A DNA stretch of 64,000 nucleotides from Clostridia bacterium (GTDB taxonomy: Bacteria > Bacillota > Clostridia > TANB77 > CAG-465): positions 1,610 to 65,609 of the forward strand of contig JAUNGP010000008.1 of NCBI GenBank assembly GCA_030524345.1, written 5' to 3'. A program made the position numbers and the translations under genes. Positions within the stretch are counted from its first letter, which is position 1, and the number at the start of each line of letters is the position of its first letter. A model generated the notes under the pieces. That model did not search any database, was not told where the DNA came from, and saw only the letters and a program-made list of their open reading frames with translations. Of this stretch, positions 9,652 to 18,176 are shown one piece after another.

Positions 9652-10101
9652 ATGAGAGAAGAATTGGAATTTTTGGAGTATTTGTATAATATTGTAAAAC
9701 TAGAAAAAGATGCATTATCAAGAATGATAAAAATGCGAGATAAGAATGATTTATTAAATAATATATTAAAAGAACAAATTGGTATATATAAAAGATTTGG
9801 AATTTCTATTGAAAAAATGATAGAAAATAGAAAAAAGAAAGTAGAGGATTTAAGCATATTTGCTAAGATGGCATCTCATGTTGGCGCAAAATTTGTAACC
9901 TCAAAAGATAACGATATCGATAGAATTTTTAATATTTTAATGCAAAGATACCAGGTTTGTATAGAAGAAGTAAATTCTAAAGTACAAGAAAATAAAATTA
10001 CTAGTAAAACGATTTTAAATCTTACAAATAGATTTATAGAATTTCAAAATAGGAATATTAATACCCTGAATAAAGCTTATAAATTATTTGACAAATCATG
10101 A
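9652..10101 (+). CDS. hypothetical protein (helical, coiled-coil-like)
   Basis: 149-aa ORF with GGTGA SD. No motif recognised. Its stop codon lies inside the spacer of the promoter of the downstream RNA gene. Confidence 0.5.
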   Translation: MREELEFLEYLYNIVKLEKDALSRMIKMRDKNDLLNNILKEQIGIYKRFGISIEKMIENRKKKVEDLSIFAKMASHVGAKFVTSKDNDIDRIFNILMQRYQVCIEEVNSKVQENKITSKTILNLTNRFIEFQNRNINTLNKAYKLFDKS

Positions 10102-10116
10102 ATATTATGATATAAT
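10088..10116 (+). promoter_or_regulatory. perfect consensus sigma-A promoter driving the tRNA-like RNA
   Basis: TTGACA (10088-10093), exactly 17 nt, TATAAT (10111-10116). The predicted transcription start is near 10123. Confidence 0.7.
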
Positions 10117-10183
10117 ACATGAAGATTGATGATTTGAGTTAAAAAGTGAAGAATTTTGATTTTGTTGATAGTTATGTTTGTTT

Positions 10184-10257
10184 GCTCTATTAAGTCTCAG
10201 TGGGAGAGCTTATAAATGAAAATTTATAGTGCATCAGTTCGATTCTGATATAGAGCT
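10184..10257 (+). ncRNA. tRNA-shaped RNA (tRNA-Phe-like; non-canonical D arm and 18-nt anticodon arm); either a pseudo-tRNA or a tRNA mimic
   Basis: Acceptor stem GCTCTAT/ATAGAGC. T8 A9 present. D loop AGTGGGA with GAGC as the 3' strand; the 5' strand is GTCTC (one bulge) plus an extra A. The anticodon arm is TATAA-ATGAAAAT-TTATA, which can also fold as 7 bp plus a GAAA loop. Variable region GTGC. T arm ATCAG-TTCGATT-CTGAT. Discriminator T, no CCA encoded. Confidence 0.6.
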
Positions 10258-10260
10258 TAG

Positions 10261-10304
10261 TACAATAACTGGCCTTGTCGAGCGGCCATCGTGAAGTTAT
10301 TGTA
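10261..10304 (+). ncRNA. structured 3' extension of the tRNA-like transcript (10-bp helix)
   Basis: TACAATAACT (10261-10270) pairs perfectly with AGTTATTGTA (10295-10304). The interior contains GGCC-N9-GGCC. Confidence 0.45.
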
Positions 10305-10330
10305 TTTCTCCAAAATTTAAAATGTGTTGA

Positions 10331-10366
10331 GAAAAAGCGACCTATTATGGTTGCTTTTTCGCTTTT
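10331..10366 (+). terminator. intrinsic terminator of the tRNA-like RNA unit
   Basis: GAAAAAGCGACC (10331-10342), loop TATTAT, GGTTGCTTTTTC (10349-10360, one G-U pair), then GCTTTT. Confidence 0.75.
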
Positions 10367-10409
10367 ATGATTTATTTTTAATAAATTTAATACATTTTTT
10401 TCTAAAGTC

Positions 10410-10438
10410 TTGATTTTTGACATATTATATAGTATAAT
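10410..10438 (+). promoter_or_regulatory. sigma-A type promoter of the rimP operon
   Basis: TTGATT (10410-10415), 17 nt, TATAAT (10433-10438). Confidence 0.55.
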
Positions 10439-10456
10439 ATTATTGCAATATTGAAG

Positions 10457-10486
10457 AGTGAGAGGGTGAACAAAAGTCCTCTCACT
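10457..10486 (+). promoter_or_regulatory. 5' leader hairpin of rimP mRNA (candidate rimP-leader element)
   Basis: AGTGAGAGG (10457-10465) pairs with CCTCTCACT (10478-10486), 12-nt loop. Located about +12 to +42 of the predicted transcript. No U-tract follows. Confidence 0.4.
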
Positions 10487-10511
10487 TATGTTTAAGTAGT
10501 AGGTGATTTTT

Positions 10512-11039
10512 TTGAAATGGAAGATAGAAGAAAAAATTGAGAACGAAATAGGTTCAAGAATAGAAGAATTAGGTTTTGAAATTGAATATGTTGAATATGT
10601 TAAAGAAGGGGACAGAAATATACTAAGAATTGTATTAGATAAATTGGATGGCAGTGTAACAATTGATGATTGTGAACTTGTTAGTAGGGATGTTGAAGAT
10701 AGAATCGACAAATTATTAGATAGTGAATATGTTCTTGAAGTATCATCTCCTGGTGTTGAAAGACAGTTAAAAAATATCAAATTGTATAAAAAGTATATTA
10801 ATCATGAAATATACATTAAATTATTTAAAAAAGATGAGGATGGAAAAGAATTTACTGGCATTTTAACAGATGTTGATGAAGATAGAGAATATATTACTTT
10901 AAAATTAGAAAATAAAAATAAAATAATAGATTTAAAGAATGTGACTACAGCACACACAGTATATGATTTTGATGCTGTTTTAAAACAAAATTCTGATAAT
11001 GTTAACTTAAACAAGTTAAATAAATTTAATAAAAAGTAG
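10512..11039 (+). CDS. rimP: ribosome maturation factor RimP
   Basis: Position upstream of nusA plus typical RimP segments (LRIVLDK...TIDDCELVSR...LEVSSPGVERQLK). TTG 10512 lies 6 nt after AGGTGA; GTG 10503 is the alternative start. Confidence 0.85.
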   Translation: MKWKIEEKIENEIGSRIEELGFEIEYVEYVKEGDRNILRIVLDKLDGSVTIDDCELVSRDVEDRIDKLLDSEYVLEVSSPGVERQLKNIKLYKKYINHEIYIKLFKKDEDGKEFTGILTDVDEDREYITLKLENKNKIIDLKNVTTAHTVYDFDAVLKQNSDNVNLNKLNKFNKK

Positions 11040-11053
11040 GGGGAATTAATAAA

Positions 11054-12118
11054 ATGAAGAGTGAAAAAATTAGTTCAAAAGAACTTTTCAATGCAATTGA
11101 TCAAATTTATGAAGAGAAAGGAATTACAAAAGAATATTTAATAGAATCATTAAAACTTGCACTAGAGGCTGCATATAAGAAAAATTATGATACAAATGAG
11201 TCTATTATAGTGGATATTAATGAGCAAACAATAAAGGTATATGCTGTAAAAGAAGTTGTGGAAGTTGTGGAAGATCCAAATTTACAAATATCTTTAGCAG
11301 ATGCGAAAAATATAACCAAAAGAGCAAAGATTGGTGATACAGTAAATGTTGAAGTTACACCAAAAAACTTTGGAAGAATAGCAGCAGTTTCTGGAAAACA
11401 GATTATTGTTCAGAGATTAAGAGAGGCTGAACGTAATTTAGTATATACACAATATTCTGATAAGGAAGGTCAAATTGTAGTTGGAGTAGTTCAAAGAACA
11501 GACAAATTTGGAACAATTGTTGATCTTGGTAGAGTTGAGGCTTTAATACCGTTAAAAGAACAAATTAGTACAGAAAAGTTGCAAACACATCAAAGAATTA
11601 AAGCATATGTAGTGAGTGTAACAGAATCTGGCAAATTTGGACCACAAATTGTTTTATCTAGAAAAGACCCTAATTTTGTTAAAAGGTTATTTGAACTAGA
11701 AGTACCAGAGATTATTGATGGAATCGTTGAAATAAAAGGTGTTGCTAGAGAAGCGGGTAGCAGAACAAAAATAGCTGTTTGGTCTAATGATGAAAATATC
11801 GATCCTGTGGGTAGTTTGGTTGGAAAGAAAGGTATGAGAATACAGCCAATCATAGACGAATTAAATGGTGAAAGAATAGATGTCATTCCATATAGTGACG
11901 ATATACCAAGCTATATTATCAACGCTATATCTCCAGCACCAATTCTTGCAATAGATATCAATGATGAAGAAAAAATAGCAACTGTTGTTGTACCAGATGA
12001 TGCATTATCTTATGCAATTGGTGCAGGAGGCCAAAATGTAAGACTTGCTGCAATACTTACTGGATGGAAAATCGATATAAAAACAGAAACTCAAATAAAA
12101 GAAGCAATCGTTGAATAA
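11054..12118 (+). CDS. nusA: transcription termination/antitermination factor NusA
   Basis: S1 and two KH-domain signatures (GRVEALIP..., AIGAGGQNVRLAAILTGWKIDI). Conserved operon position. GGGGGA SD. Confidence 0.95.
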   Translation: MKSEKISSKELFNAIDQIYEEKGITKEYLIESLKLALEAAYKKNYDTNESIIVDINEQTIKVYAVKEVVEVVEDPNLQISLADAKNITKRAKIGDTVNVEVTPKNFGRIAAVSGKQIIVQRLREAERNLVYTQYSDKEGQIVVGVVQRTDKFGTIVDLGRVEALIPLKEQISTEKLQTHQRIKAYVVSVTESGKFGPQIVLSRKDPNFVKRLFELEVPEIIDGIVEIKGVAREAGSRTKIAVWSNDENIDPVGSLVGKKGMRIQPIIDELNGERIDVIPYSDDIPSYIINAISPAPILAIDINDEEKIATVVVPDDALSYAIGAGGQNVRLAAILTGWKIDIKTETQIKEAIVE

Positions 12119-12127
12119 TAAAGTAAG

Positions 12128-12403
12128 GTGATGAAAGTGAGACCTACAAGATGTTGTGTCGCATGCAGAAAGAGAAATGATAAGAATAATTTAATAAGAA
12201 TAGTCGCTGATAAAGGCGGAAATGCTATATATGATAAGGAACAAAAGATGAATGCAAGAGCAATTTATCTTTGTAGGAATATAGAGTGTTTGAAAAATAT
12301 AAAGAAATGTATTATGAAAGATAAATTTAAATCAAAAGAAAATATGAAAATAGATAGTTTGTTAAAATTGATAGATGAATTAGAAATTGAAGTGGGGGAG
12401 TAA
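12128..12403 (+). CDS. ylxR: YlxR/RnpM family RNA-binding protein (DUF448)
   Basis: RxCVACRK...LIRIV motif, about 90 aa, between nusA and infB. The true start may be GTG 12137 (8 nt after AAGGTG). Confidence 0.85.
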   Translation: MMKVRPTRCCVACRKRNDKNNLIRIVADKGGNAIYDKEQKMNARAIYLCRNIECLKNIKKCIMKDKFKSKENMKIDSLLKLIDELEIEVGE

Positions 12404-12405
12404 AT

Positions 12406-15375
12406 TTGGGAAAAATGAAAGTATATGAATTAGCAAAGGAATTAAATATTACTAATACCGAAATGGTTGATTGGTTAAAGAAAGAAAAAATAGAAGTAAA
12501 ATCTCACCTTTCAACACTTGAGGATAGTGATGTTGAAAAAGTAAGAAGTAATTTTAAGAAAAAAAATGTAAAAGATGAAAAGAAAGTAGCTGACACAAAA
12601 AATCAGGTTCACATTATTCGTAGAAATGTGAAAGTAATTAATACAGATGGAGATAAGAAAGAAGTACAACAAATTACAACAAATATAGCAGGAGATGTAA
12701 AAAAGTCTCGTCAAACGATTATAGAAAACAAAGATAAACAAGAAAAATATAATAAAAATGGTTTAGGTGTAGTTTCACCTTATAGAAAAAATAATGATAG
12801 AAAGCCAAGATTTGCCGGAAATAGGAATGCCAATGTTGTTATAACAAGAAATGGAAAACCAATTGAGACAAAAAAAGAAGAAGTAGCAAAAGAAGTTATA
12901 GAAAATGTGGAAAAAGAAAGTGTTGAGAATCAAAATATGAATCCAGTAAAAGAAGAAGTAAATGTTGCAAAATATCAAAAAAATGATAATGATACAAGGC
13001 AAAATAAATATCAAGGTAAAAAATCAAATTATAATTCCCAATTTAACCCAAATTATAATAATAGATATCCTAGAAATCAACAAAAAGATAATGAGTTTAA
13101 TAATAATAGATATAAAAACAATGGTGAGAATAATACATCTAATTATAATAAAAATGACAATAACAATCAAAGAGTAAATAATAATGGATATAATAATAGA
13201 CAAAATAATAATTATAGAAATAATAATTACAGAAATAATAATAATGGAGAAAATTCTAAATTTAATAACAATTATAGAAATAGAAATAACGATAATACAA
13301 GCTATCAAGTAAATAAGTTTATCAAACAAGCAGAAAAATTGCCAGTTGAACAAAAAGAAACCAGAGAATATTCTAATTTAAATATTGATAAGAAAAAATA
13401 TAATGATAGAAACGAAAATAATCAAAGAAGAGAAAAATTAGATAAGAACAAACTTCGTGAGGAACATTCTAGAGTATCAACATCAAAACTAAGAGGTTTA
13501 GAAGTTGATTCGTCTTCTGGATTATTAGATTTATATGAAAGAGATAGTGATTTAAGTAGAAAATCATTTGGAAAGAAAAAAGCAAAACAAAAAACAGAAT
13601 TAAAACAAACTAAAATTATACCAATGACTGAGGTAAAACTTCCAGAAACAATGACTGTAAAAGAGTTTGCAGAAGCGATAAAGAAACAAGCATCAGAGGT
13701 AATAAAGAAATTATTTGCCTTAGGAATTATGGCTACTGTAAATCAAGATATTGATTTTGATACTGCTTATTTGGTCGCTGGAGAGTTTGGTATCACTGCT
13801 GAAAAAGAAGTAAAAGTGACAGAAGAAGATATTTTGTTTGATGATAGTGAAGATAAAGAAGAGGATTTAAAACCAAGACCACCAATTGTTGTTGTAATGG
13901 GGCATGTTGACCATGGTAAAACATCACTTTTGGATAGGTTAAGAAAAACAAATGTTGTTGAAGGAGAAGCCGGAGGAATTACACAACATATAGGAGCATA
14001 CAAAGTAAATATTAATGATAGGGAAGTATGTTTCTTAGATACACCAGGACATGAAGCTTTTACTGCTATGAGAGCAAGAGGGGCCCAAGTTACAGATATT
14101 GCAATTATTGTGGTCGCAGCAGATGATGGTATCAAGCCACAGACTATTGAAGCTATAGATCATGCTAAAGCTGCAGGTGTTTCTATCATAGTTGCAATTA
14201 ATAAAATTGATAAACCAACTGCAAATATTGAAAAAGTAAAACAAGAATTATTAGAAGTAGGTCTTGTTCCAGAAGAATGGGGTGGAGATACAATATGTGT
14301 CCCAATATCTGCTATGACAGGTGAGGGAATAGATAATTTACTTGAAATGATACTTCTTGTTGCAGATATGAAAAACTTACGTGCAAATCCTAATAAGCAA
14401 GCTAAAGGAACAGTACTTGAGGCAAGACTTGATAAAACAAAAGGTACAATTGTATCAATGCTTGTACAAAGAGGAGAATTAAATGTAGGTGACACAATTG
14501 TTCTTGATGATATGGTGGCAAAAATCCGTGCTATGAAGGATGATAAAGGTAGAAAGGTAAAATCTGCTGGTCCATCTACACCAGTTGAAGTATTAGGACT
14601 ATCACATGTACCACAAACTGGAGACTTATTTTATGAAGTTGAAAATGATAAAGTTGCAAAACAATTGATCGAAAAAAGAAAAGCAAAGGCTCGTAGTGAA
14701 CTTATCAAGCATGGAAGTAAAGTTACTTTAGATGATCTATTTGGACAAATAAAACAAGGAAAAATAAAAGATCTAAATGTAATTATAAAAGCTGATGTTC
14801 AGGGTTCTGTTGAAGCATTAAAAGAATCTTTAGAGAAATTATCCAATGATGAAGTAAGAGTAAGAATATTACATGCATCTACTGGTGGTGTTAAAGAAAG
14901 TGATGTTACACTAGCTTCTGTGTCAAATGCTATTATCATTGGATTTAATGTAAGGCCTGAATCTACTGCAGCAGAGCAAGCGAAGAAAGAAAAAGTTGAT
15001 TTAAGACTTTATAGCGTTATATATGATGCAATTGATGCTGTTGAAACTGCACTAAAAGGTATGATGCCTAAGAAATATAAAGAAGTGATGCATGGAACTG
15101 CAGAAGTTAGAAAAATATTTAAAATTACAGGTGTTGGAATTGTTGCTGGATGCTATGTAAAATCAGGAAAAATAGTAAGAGGCGCAATGGTAAGACTTGT
15201 TAGAGATTCTATAGTACTTCTTGAAATAAAAATTGATTCTTTAAAAAGAGAAAAAGATGATGTAAAAGAAGTAGCAGAAGGATATGAGTGTGGAATTAAA
15301 CTAGAAAAATTTAGCGATATTAAAGAAGGCGATATATTTGAATGCTTTACTATGGAAGAAGAAAAAATAAAGTGA
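12406..15375 (+). CDS. infB: translation initiation factor IF-2 with an Asn-rich low-complexity insertion
   Basis: N-terminal [12 protein letters not shown] and G domain [32 protein letters not shown] 12406 lies 8 nt after GGGGGAG; ATG 12415 is the alternative start. Confidence 0.95.
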   Translation: MGKMKVYELAKELNITNTEMVDWLKKEKIEVKSHLSTLEDSDVEKVRSNFKKKNVKDEKKVADTKNQVHIIRRNVKVINTDGDKKEVQQITTNIAGDVKKSRQTIIENKDKQEKYNKNGLGVVSPYRKNNDRKPRFAGNRNANVVITRNGKPIETKKEEVAKEVIENVEKESVENQNMNPVKEEVNVAKYQKNDNDTRQNKYQGKKSNYNSQFNPNYNNRYPRNQQKDNEFNNNRYKNNGENNTSNYNKNDNNNQRVNNNGYNNRQNNNYRNNNYRNNNNGENSKFNNNYRNRNNDNTSYQVNKFIKQAEKLPVEQKETREYSNLNIDKKKYNDRNENNQRREKLDKNKLREEHSRVSTSKLRGLEVDSSSGLLDLYERDSDLSRKSFGKKKAKQKTELKQTKIIPMTEVKLPETMTVKEFAEAIKKQASEVIKKLFALGIMATVNQDIDFDTAYLVAGEFGITAEKEVKVTEEDILFDDSEDKEEDLKPRPPIVVVMGHVDHGKTSLLDRLRKTNVVEGEAGGITQHIGAYKVNINDREVCFLDTPGHEAFTAMRARGAQVTDIAIIVVAADDGIKPQTIEAIDHAKAAGVSIIVAINKIDKPTANIEKVKQELLEVGLVPEEWGGDTICVPISAMTGEGIDNLLEMILLVADMKNLRANPNKQAKGTVLEARLDKTKGTIVSMLVQRGELNVGDTIVLDDMVAKIRAMKDDKGRKVKSAGPSTPVEVLGLSHVPQTGDLFYEVENDKVAKQLIEKRKAKARSELIKHGSKVTLDDLFGQIKQGKIKDLNVIIKADVQGSVEALKESLEKLSNDEVRVRILHASTGGVKESDVTLASVSNAIIIGFNVRPESTAAEQAKKEKVDLRLYSVIYDAIDAVETALKGMMPKKYKEVMHGTAEVRKIFKITGVGIVAGCYVKSGKIVRGAMVRLVRDSIVLLEIKIDSLKREKDDVKEVAEGYECGIKLEKFSDIKEGDIFECFTMEEEKIK

Positions 15376-15385
15376 GGATAAAAAT

Positions 15386-15742
15386 ATGCAAAGACATGAA
15401 AGATTAGAACAAGATGTAAAGTTTGCTTTAAGTGAAATCATTTTAAATGAAGTAAAAGAACCATCAGTTACAGGACTTATTTCTGTAACTGATGTAAAAA
15501 TTACTCCAGATCAAAAATATGCTAAAGTATATGTAAGTGTTTTTGGAAAACAGAATAAGACTAAAGTAATTGATGCACTAAAAAAAGCAAGTGGTTTTAT
15601 TAAATTAGAACTTGGCAGAAGAGTTCGCATGAGAAACATGCCAGAACTAATATTTGAGCTTGATGATTCTATGGAGTATGGTGCTTATATGGATAAGGTG
15701 ATTCAAGAAGTAATAAAAAAGGATAATGAGAATAAAAAATAA
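15386..15742 (+). CDS. rbfA: ribosome-binding factor A
   Basis: 118 aa with typical RbfA pattern (RHERLEQDVKFALSEIILNEVKEP...VTDVKITPDQKYAKVYVS). Operon position after infB. Confidence 0.9.
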   Translation: MQRHERLEQDVKFALSEIILNEVKEPSVTGLISVTDVKITPDQKYAKVYVSVFGKQNKTKVIDALKKASGFIKLELGRRVRMRNMPELIFELDDSMEYGAYMDKVIQEVIKKDNENKK

Positions 15743-15761
15743 ATTAAGGATGTGTTAGAAT

Positions 15762-16736
15762 ATGTTTGAGGAATTTGAAAAAGCAAAGAAAATAATAGAA
15801 AAGTCAAATAGTATTTATATGGTAGCCCATATCAACCCAGATGGGGATGCTATAGGATCTACTTGCGCGCTTTACTTTGCACTTAAAAGTATAGGAAAAG
15901 ATGCACATGTAATATGTCCAAGTTATTCAGAAGTATTTACGTTTTTACCAGGACTTAAAGAGGCGGTATCGAAAGTAGAAAAGGATGAGATTGATTTATT
16001 AATATGCTTAGATGCGAGTGATAATGGTAGACTTGCTATTTCTGAAGAAGATTATAAGAAAGCTAAAAAGGTTATTATGCTAGATCATCATCAAAAGTCA
16101 CATCCATATGGTGATGTACAGTATATTAATGATGAACTTTCTTCAGCATGTGAAATTGTATACCATTTTATAAAATATTTGAAAATTCCTTTTGATCAGA
16201 AGTCTGCTTCCCTTTTATATACTGGAATGATGACAGATACTGGTAGTTTTAATTATTCCAATACTTCTTCTAATACACATAGAGCAGTTGCAGAATTACT
16301 TGATGTTGGTATTGATTCTGTAGCGATTTGTAAACAATTAAATGATACAATCAAAGAGGCAAAATTAAAATTGATTGCTAAAACGATCGAAAATATGGAA
16401 GTATTTTATGATGGAAAAATGAGATATAGTTATATTGACTATGAAACGATCAAAGCTTTAGGAATTCATGATGAAGATGCTGAAGGGATGACTAACTATT
16501 TAAGAATGGTAGAAGGAACTGAAGTAGCTGCATATGTTAGAGGAAAAAGTGATGGGACTTTAAAAGTAAGTATGCGTTCAGGTGGAAATGTTGATATTTC
16601 AAAAATTGCAATAGAATTCGGTGGTGGAGGTCATCCTAGAGCTGCGGGATATACTATGAGAGAAGATATAGAAGTAGAAAAGAAAAAGTTAGTTGATATT
16701 GTAGGAGTGATGTTAGGTGATGGTACCCAAAATTAA
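15762..16736 (+). CDS. nrnA: DHH/DHHA1 phosphoesterase, NrnA-type oligoribonuclease/pAp phosphatase
   Basis: Motifs HINPDGDAIGS, DHHQ and GGGGHPRAAG. Located between rbfA and truB. Confidence 0.85.
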   Translation: MFEEFEKAKKIIEKSNSIYMVAHINPDGDAIGSTCALYFALKSIGKDAHVICPSYSEVFTFLPGLKEAVSKVEKDEIDLLICLDASDNGRLAISEEDYKKAKKVIMLDHHQKSHPYGDVQYINDELSSACEIVYHFIKYLKIPFDQKSASLLYTGMMTDTGSFNYSNTSSNTHRAVAELLDVGIDSVAICKQLNDTIKEAKLKLIAKTIENMEVFYDGKMRYSYIDYETIKALGIHDEDAEGMTNYLRMVEGTEVAAYVRGKSDGTLKVSMRSGGNVDISKIAIEFGGGGHPRAAGYTMREDIEVEKKKLVDIVGVMLGDGTQN

Positions 16737-17595
16737 AAATGGAATATTAAACATTGATAAACCGCAAGGAATCACTTCTCATGATGTTGTAGATGCTATT
16801 CGAAAATTATTTCCGAACACGAAAGTAGGTCATACAGGGACGTTAGATCCTCTAGCTACAGGGGTGTTACCAATATGTATAGGAGAGGCTACAAAACTTA
16901 CCAATCATATAACTTCAGAAGATAAAATGTATCAAGTTAAGATGTTACTTGGTGTTGAAACTGATACTTATGATATTACTGGAAAGATCATGTTTGCAAG
17001 TGTAGTGAATAAGGATGAAATTTATATAAAAGAAAGAATAAAGAGATTTATAGGAAGACAATCCCAAATACCACCTATGTATAGTGCAATTCGTGTTGAG
17101 GGAAAACATGCTTATACACTTGCAAGAGAGGGAAAAGAAGTTGAACTTGCACCACGTGAGATAGAAATATTTTCCATAGATAATATATATGTGAATTTAG
17201 AAACAAAGATAGTTAGTTTTGATGTTTCTTGTACAAAGGGAACTTATATCAGAAGTTTGGTAAATGATATAGGCAAAAATATTGGTTGCGGTGCTACTAT
17301 GATTGAATTAAGAAGAATTAAGACAGGCAACTTTTTAATAGAAGATAGCATTCCATTGTATGACTATTTAAAATTGGAATATTTTGAAATGCTTGATAAG
17401 ATAATATCAATTGAGGAATATTATAAAGAGTCTAAAAAAATTATTTTGGAGGCAAATGAATATAATCAATTCCTAAATGGTGTTAAACTTCCATGTGAAA
17501 CGCAGGAAAAAATCGTTAGAGTTTATACCAATAATGTATTTCATGGGTTAGGGATAGTGGAAGATAATAAGCTAAAAAGATATATTATAGAGTAA
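16717..17595 (+). CDS. truB: tRNA pseudouridine(55) synthase TruB
   Basis: GILNIDKPQGITSHDVV and GHTGTLDPLATGVLPI (catalytic Asp motif). Overlaps the end of nrnA. Start is GTG 16717 or ATG 16720. Confidence 0.93.
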   Translation: MMVPKIKNGILNIDKPQGITSHDVVDAIRKLFPNTKVGHTGTLDPLATGVLPICIGEATKLTNHITSEDKMYQVKMLLGVETDTYDITGKIMFASVVNKDEIYIKERIKRFIGRQSQIPPMYSAIRVEGKHAYTLAREGKEVELAPREIEIFSIDNIYVNLETKIVSFDVSCTKGTYIRSLVNDIGKNIGCGATMIELRRIKTGNFLIEDSIPLYDYLKLEYFEMLDKIISIEEYYKESKKIILEANEYNQFLNGVKLPCETQEKIVRVYTNNVFHGLGIVEDNKLKRYIIE

Positions 17596-17599
17596 AGAG

Positions 17600-17627
17600 A
17601 GTATTAGTTGATGCTAATACTTTTTTT
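17600..17627 (+). terminator. intrinsic terminator ending the rimP-truB operon
   Basis: AGTATTAG (17600-17607) pairs with CTAATACT (17614-17621), followed by TTTTTT. Confidence 0.75.
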
Positions 17628-17630
17628 CTG

Positions 17631-17659
17631 TTGAAAAAAGTTGTAAAAGTATATATAAT
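17631..17659 (+). promoter_or_regulatory. sigma-A promoter of the pseudopilin-like gene trio
   Basis: TTGAAA (17631-17636), 17 nt, TATAAT (17654-17659). Confidence 0.65.
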
Positions 17660-17683
17660 AATTATATTAAGGGTGAAGATAGG

Positions 17684-18163
17684 ATGAAAAACTTAAATAA
17701 AAAAAGTGGAATATCTCTTATGGTGCTTGCAATCACAGTAGTCATAATGATCGTTATTGCCTCAACGATTTTAGTTTCATATAACAATATCATTGAAGAT
17801 ACATTAAAAAAAGACTTTGCAAGTGAAATATATTCTATACAAAAATTAGTAGACCAATATTATTTTATCAATGGTAGATATCCGATTACAAGCCAATATA
17901 TTTTAGATATCGATACTATCGATGAAAAATTTAGATTTGAATTTGAAGAGGAAAGGGTAGAAAATAATAGTATAAAATTATCGATTATCGACTTAAAAGA
18001 ATGTGATGTAGAAAATTCCAAACGAGGAAAAAAAGATACAGATAATGATATCTACGTCGTATCTGAAAAAACTGGTATCATTTATTATATAAAAGGTGCA
18101 AAATTTGATGATTTTGTATATTATACTTTAACAGACGACTTAAAAAGAGAGATTGGTCTTTAA
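17684..18163 (+). CDS. pseudopilin-like protein, short paralog (N-terminal module only)
   Basis: N-terminus MKNLNKKSG-ISLMVLAITVVIMIVIAS (basic, Gly, about 20 hydrophobic residues), then an amphipathic helix ending QYYFINGRYP. Shares the YYTLTDDLK end motif with the next two genes. Confidence 0.6.
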   Translation: MKNLNKKSGISLMVLAITVVIMIVIASTILVSYNNIIEDTLKKDFASEIYSIQKLVDQYYFINGRYPITSQYILDIDTIDEKFRFEFEEERVENNSIKLSIIDLKECDVENSKRGKKDTDNDIYVVSEKTGIIYYIKGAKFDDFVYYTLTDDLKREIGL

Positions 18164-18176
18164 AAGAGGTGAAAAT

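Noticed and set aside
9519-9857. 112-aa minus-strand ORF bridging two plus-strand genes.
   Set aside because: It crosses the terminator at 9573-9605 and overlaps both neighbouring CDSs in antisense. Its composition is Ile/Phe/Ser-rich.
10119-10142. 7-codon mini-ORF (ATGAAGATTGATGATTTGAGTTAA) in the leader of the tRNA-like transcript.
   Set aside because: It has no SD, lies at the very 5' end of the predicted transcript, and its length is compatible with chance.
10190-10780. 196-aa minus-strand ORF spanning the tRNA-like RNA, the rimP promoter and the start of rimP.
   Set aside because: It has no SD. Its Ser/Leu/Ile-rich composition is typical of antisense reading of AT-rich DNA. It overlaps a well-supported rimP CDS and structured RNA elements.
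12511-13353. Several 70-110-aa ORFs on both strands inside the infB 5' region (12511..12741, 12775..13014, 12962..13177, 13024..13353).
   Set aside because: They are Ile/Phe/Asn-rich artefacts of the AAT/ATT-rich low-complexity tract, lie entirely within the IF2 reading frame, and have no ribosome-binding sites.
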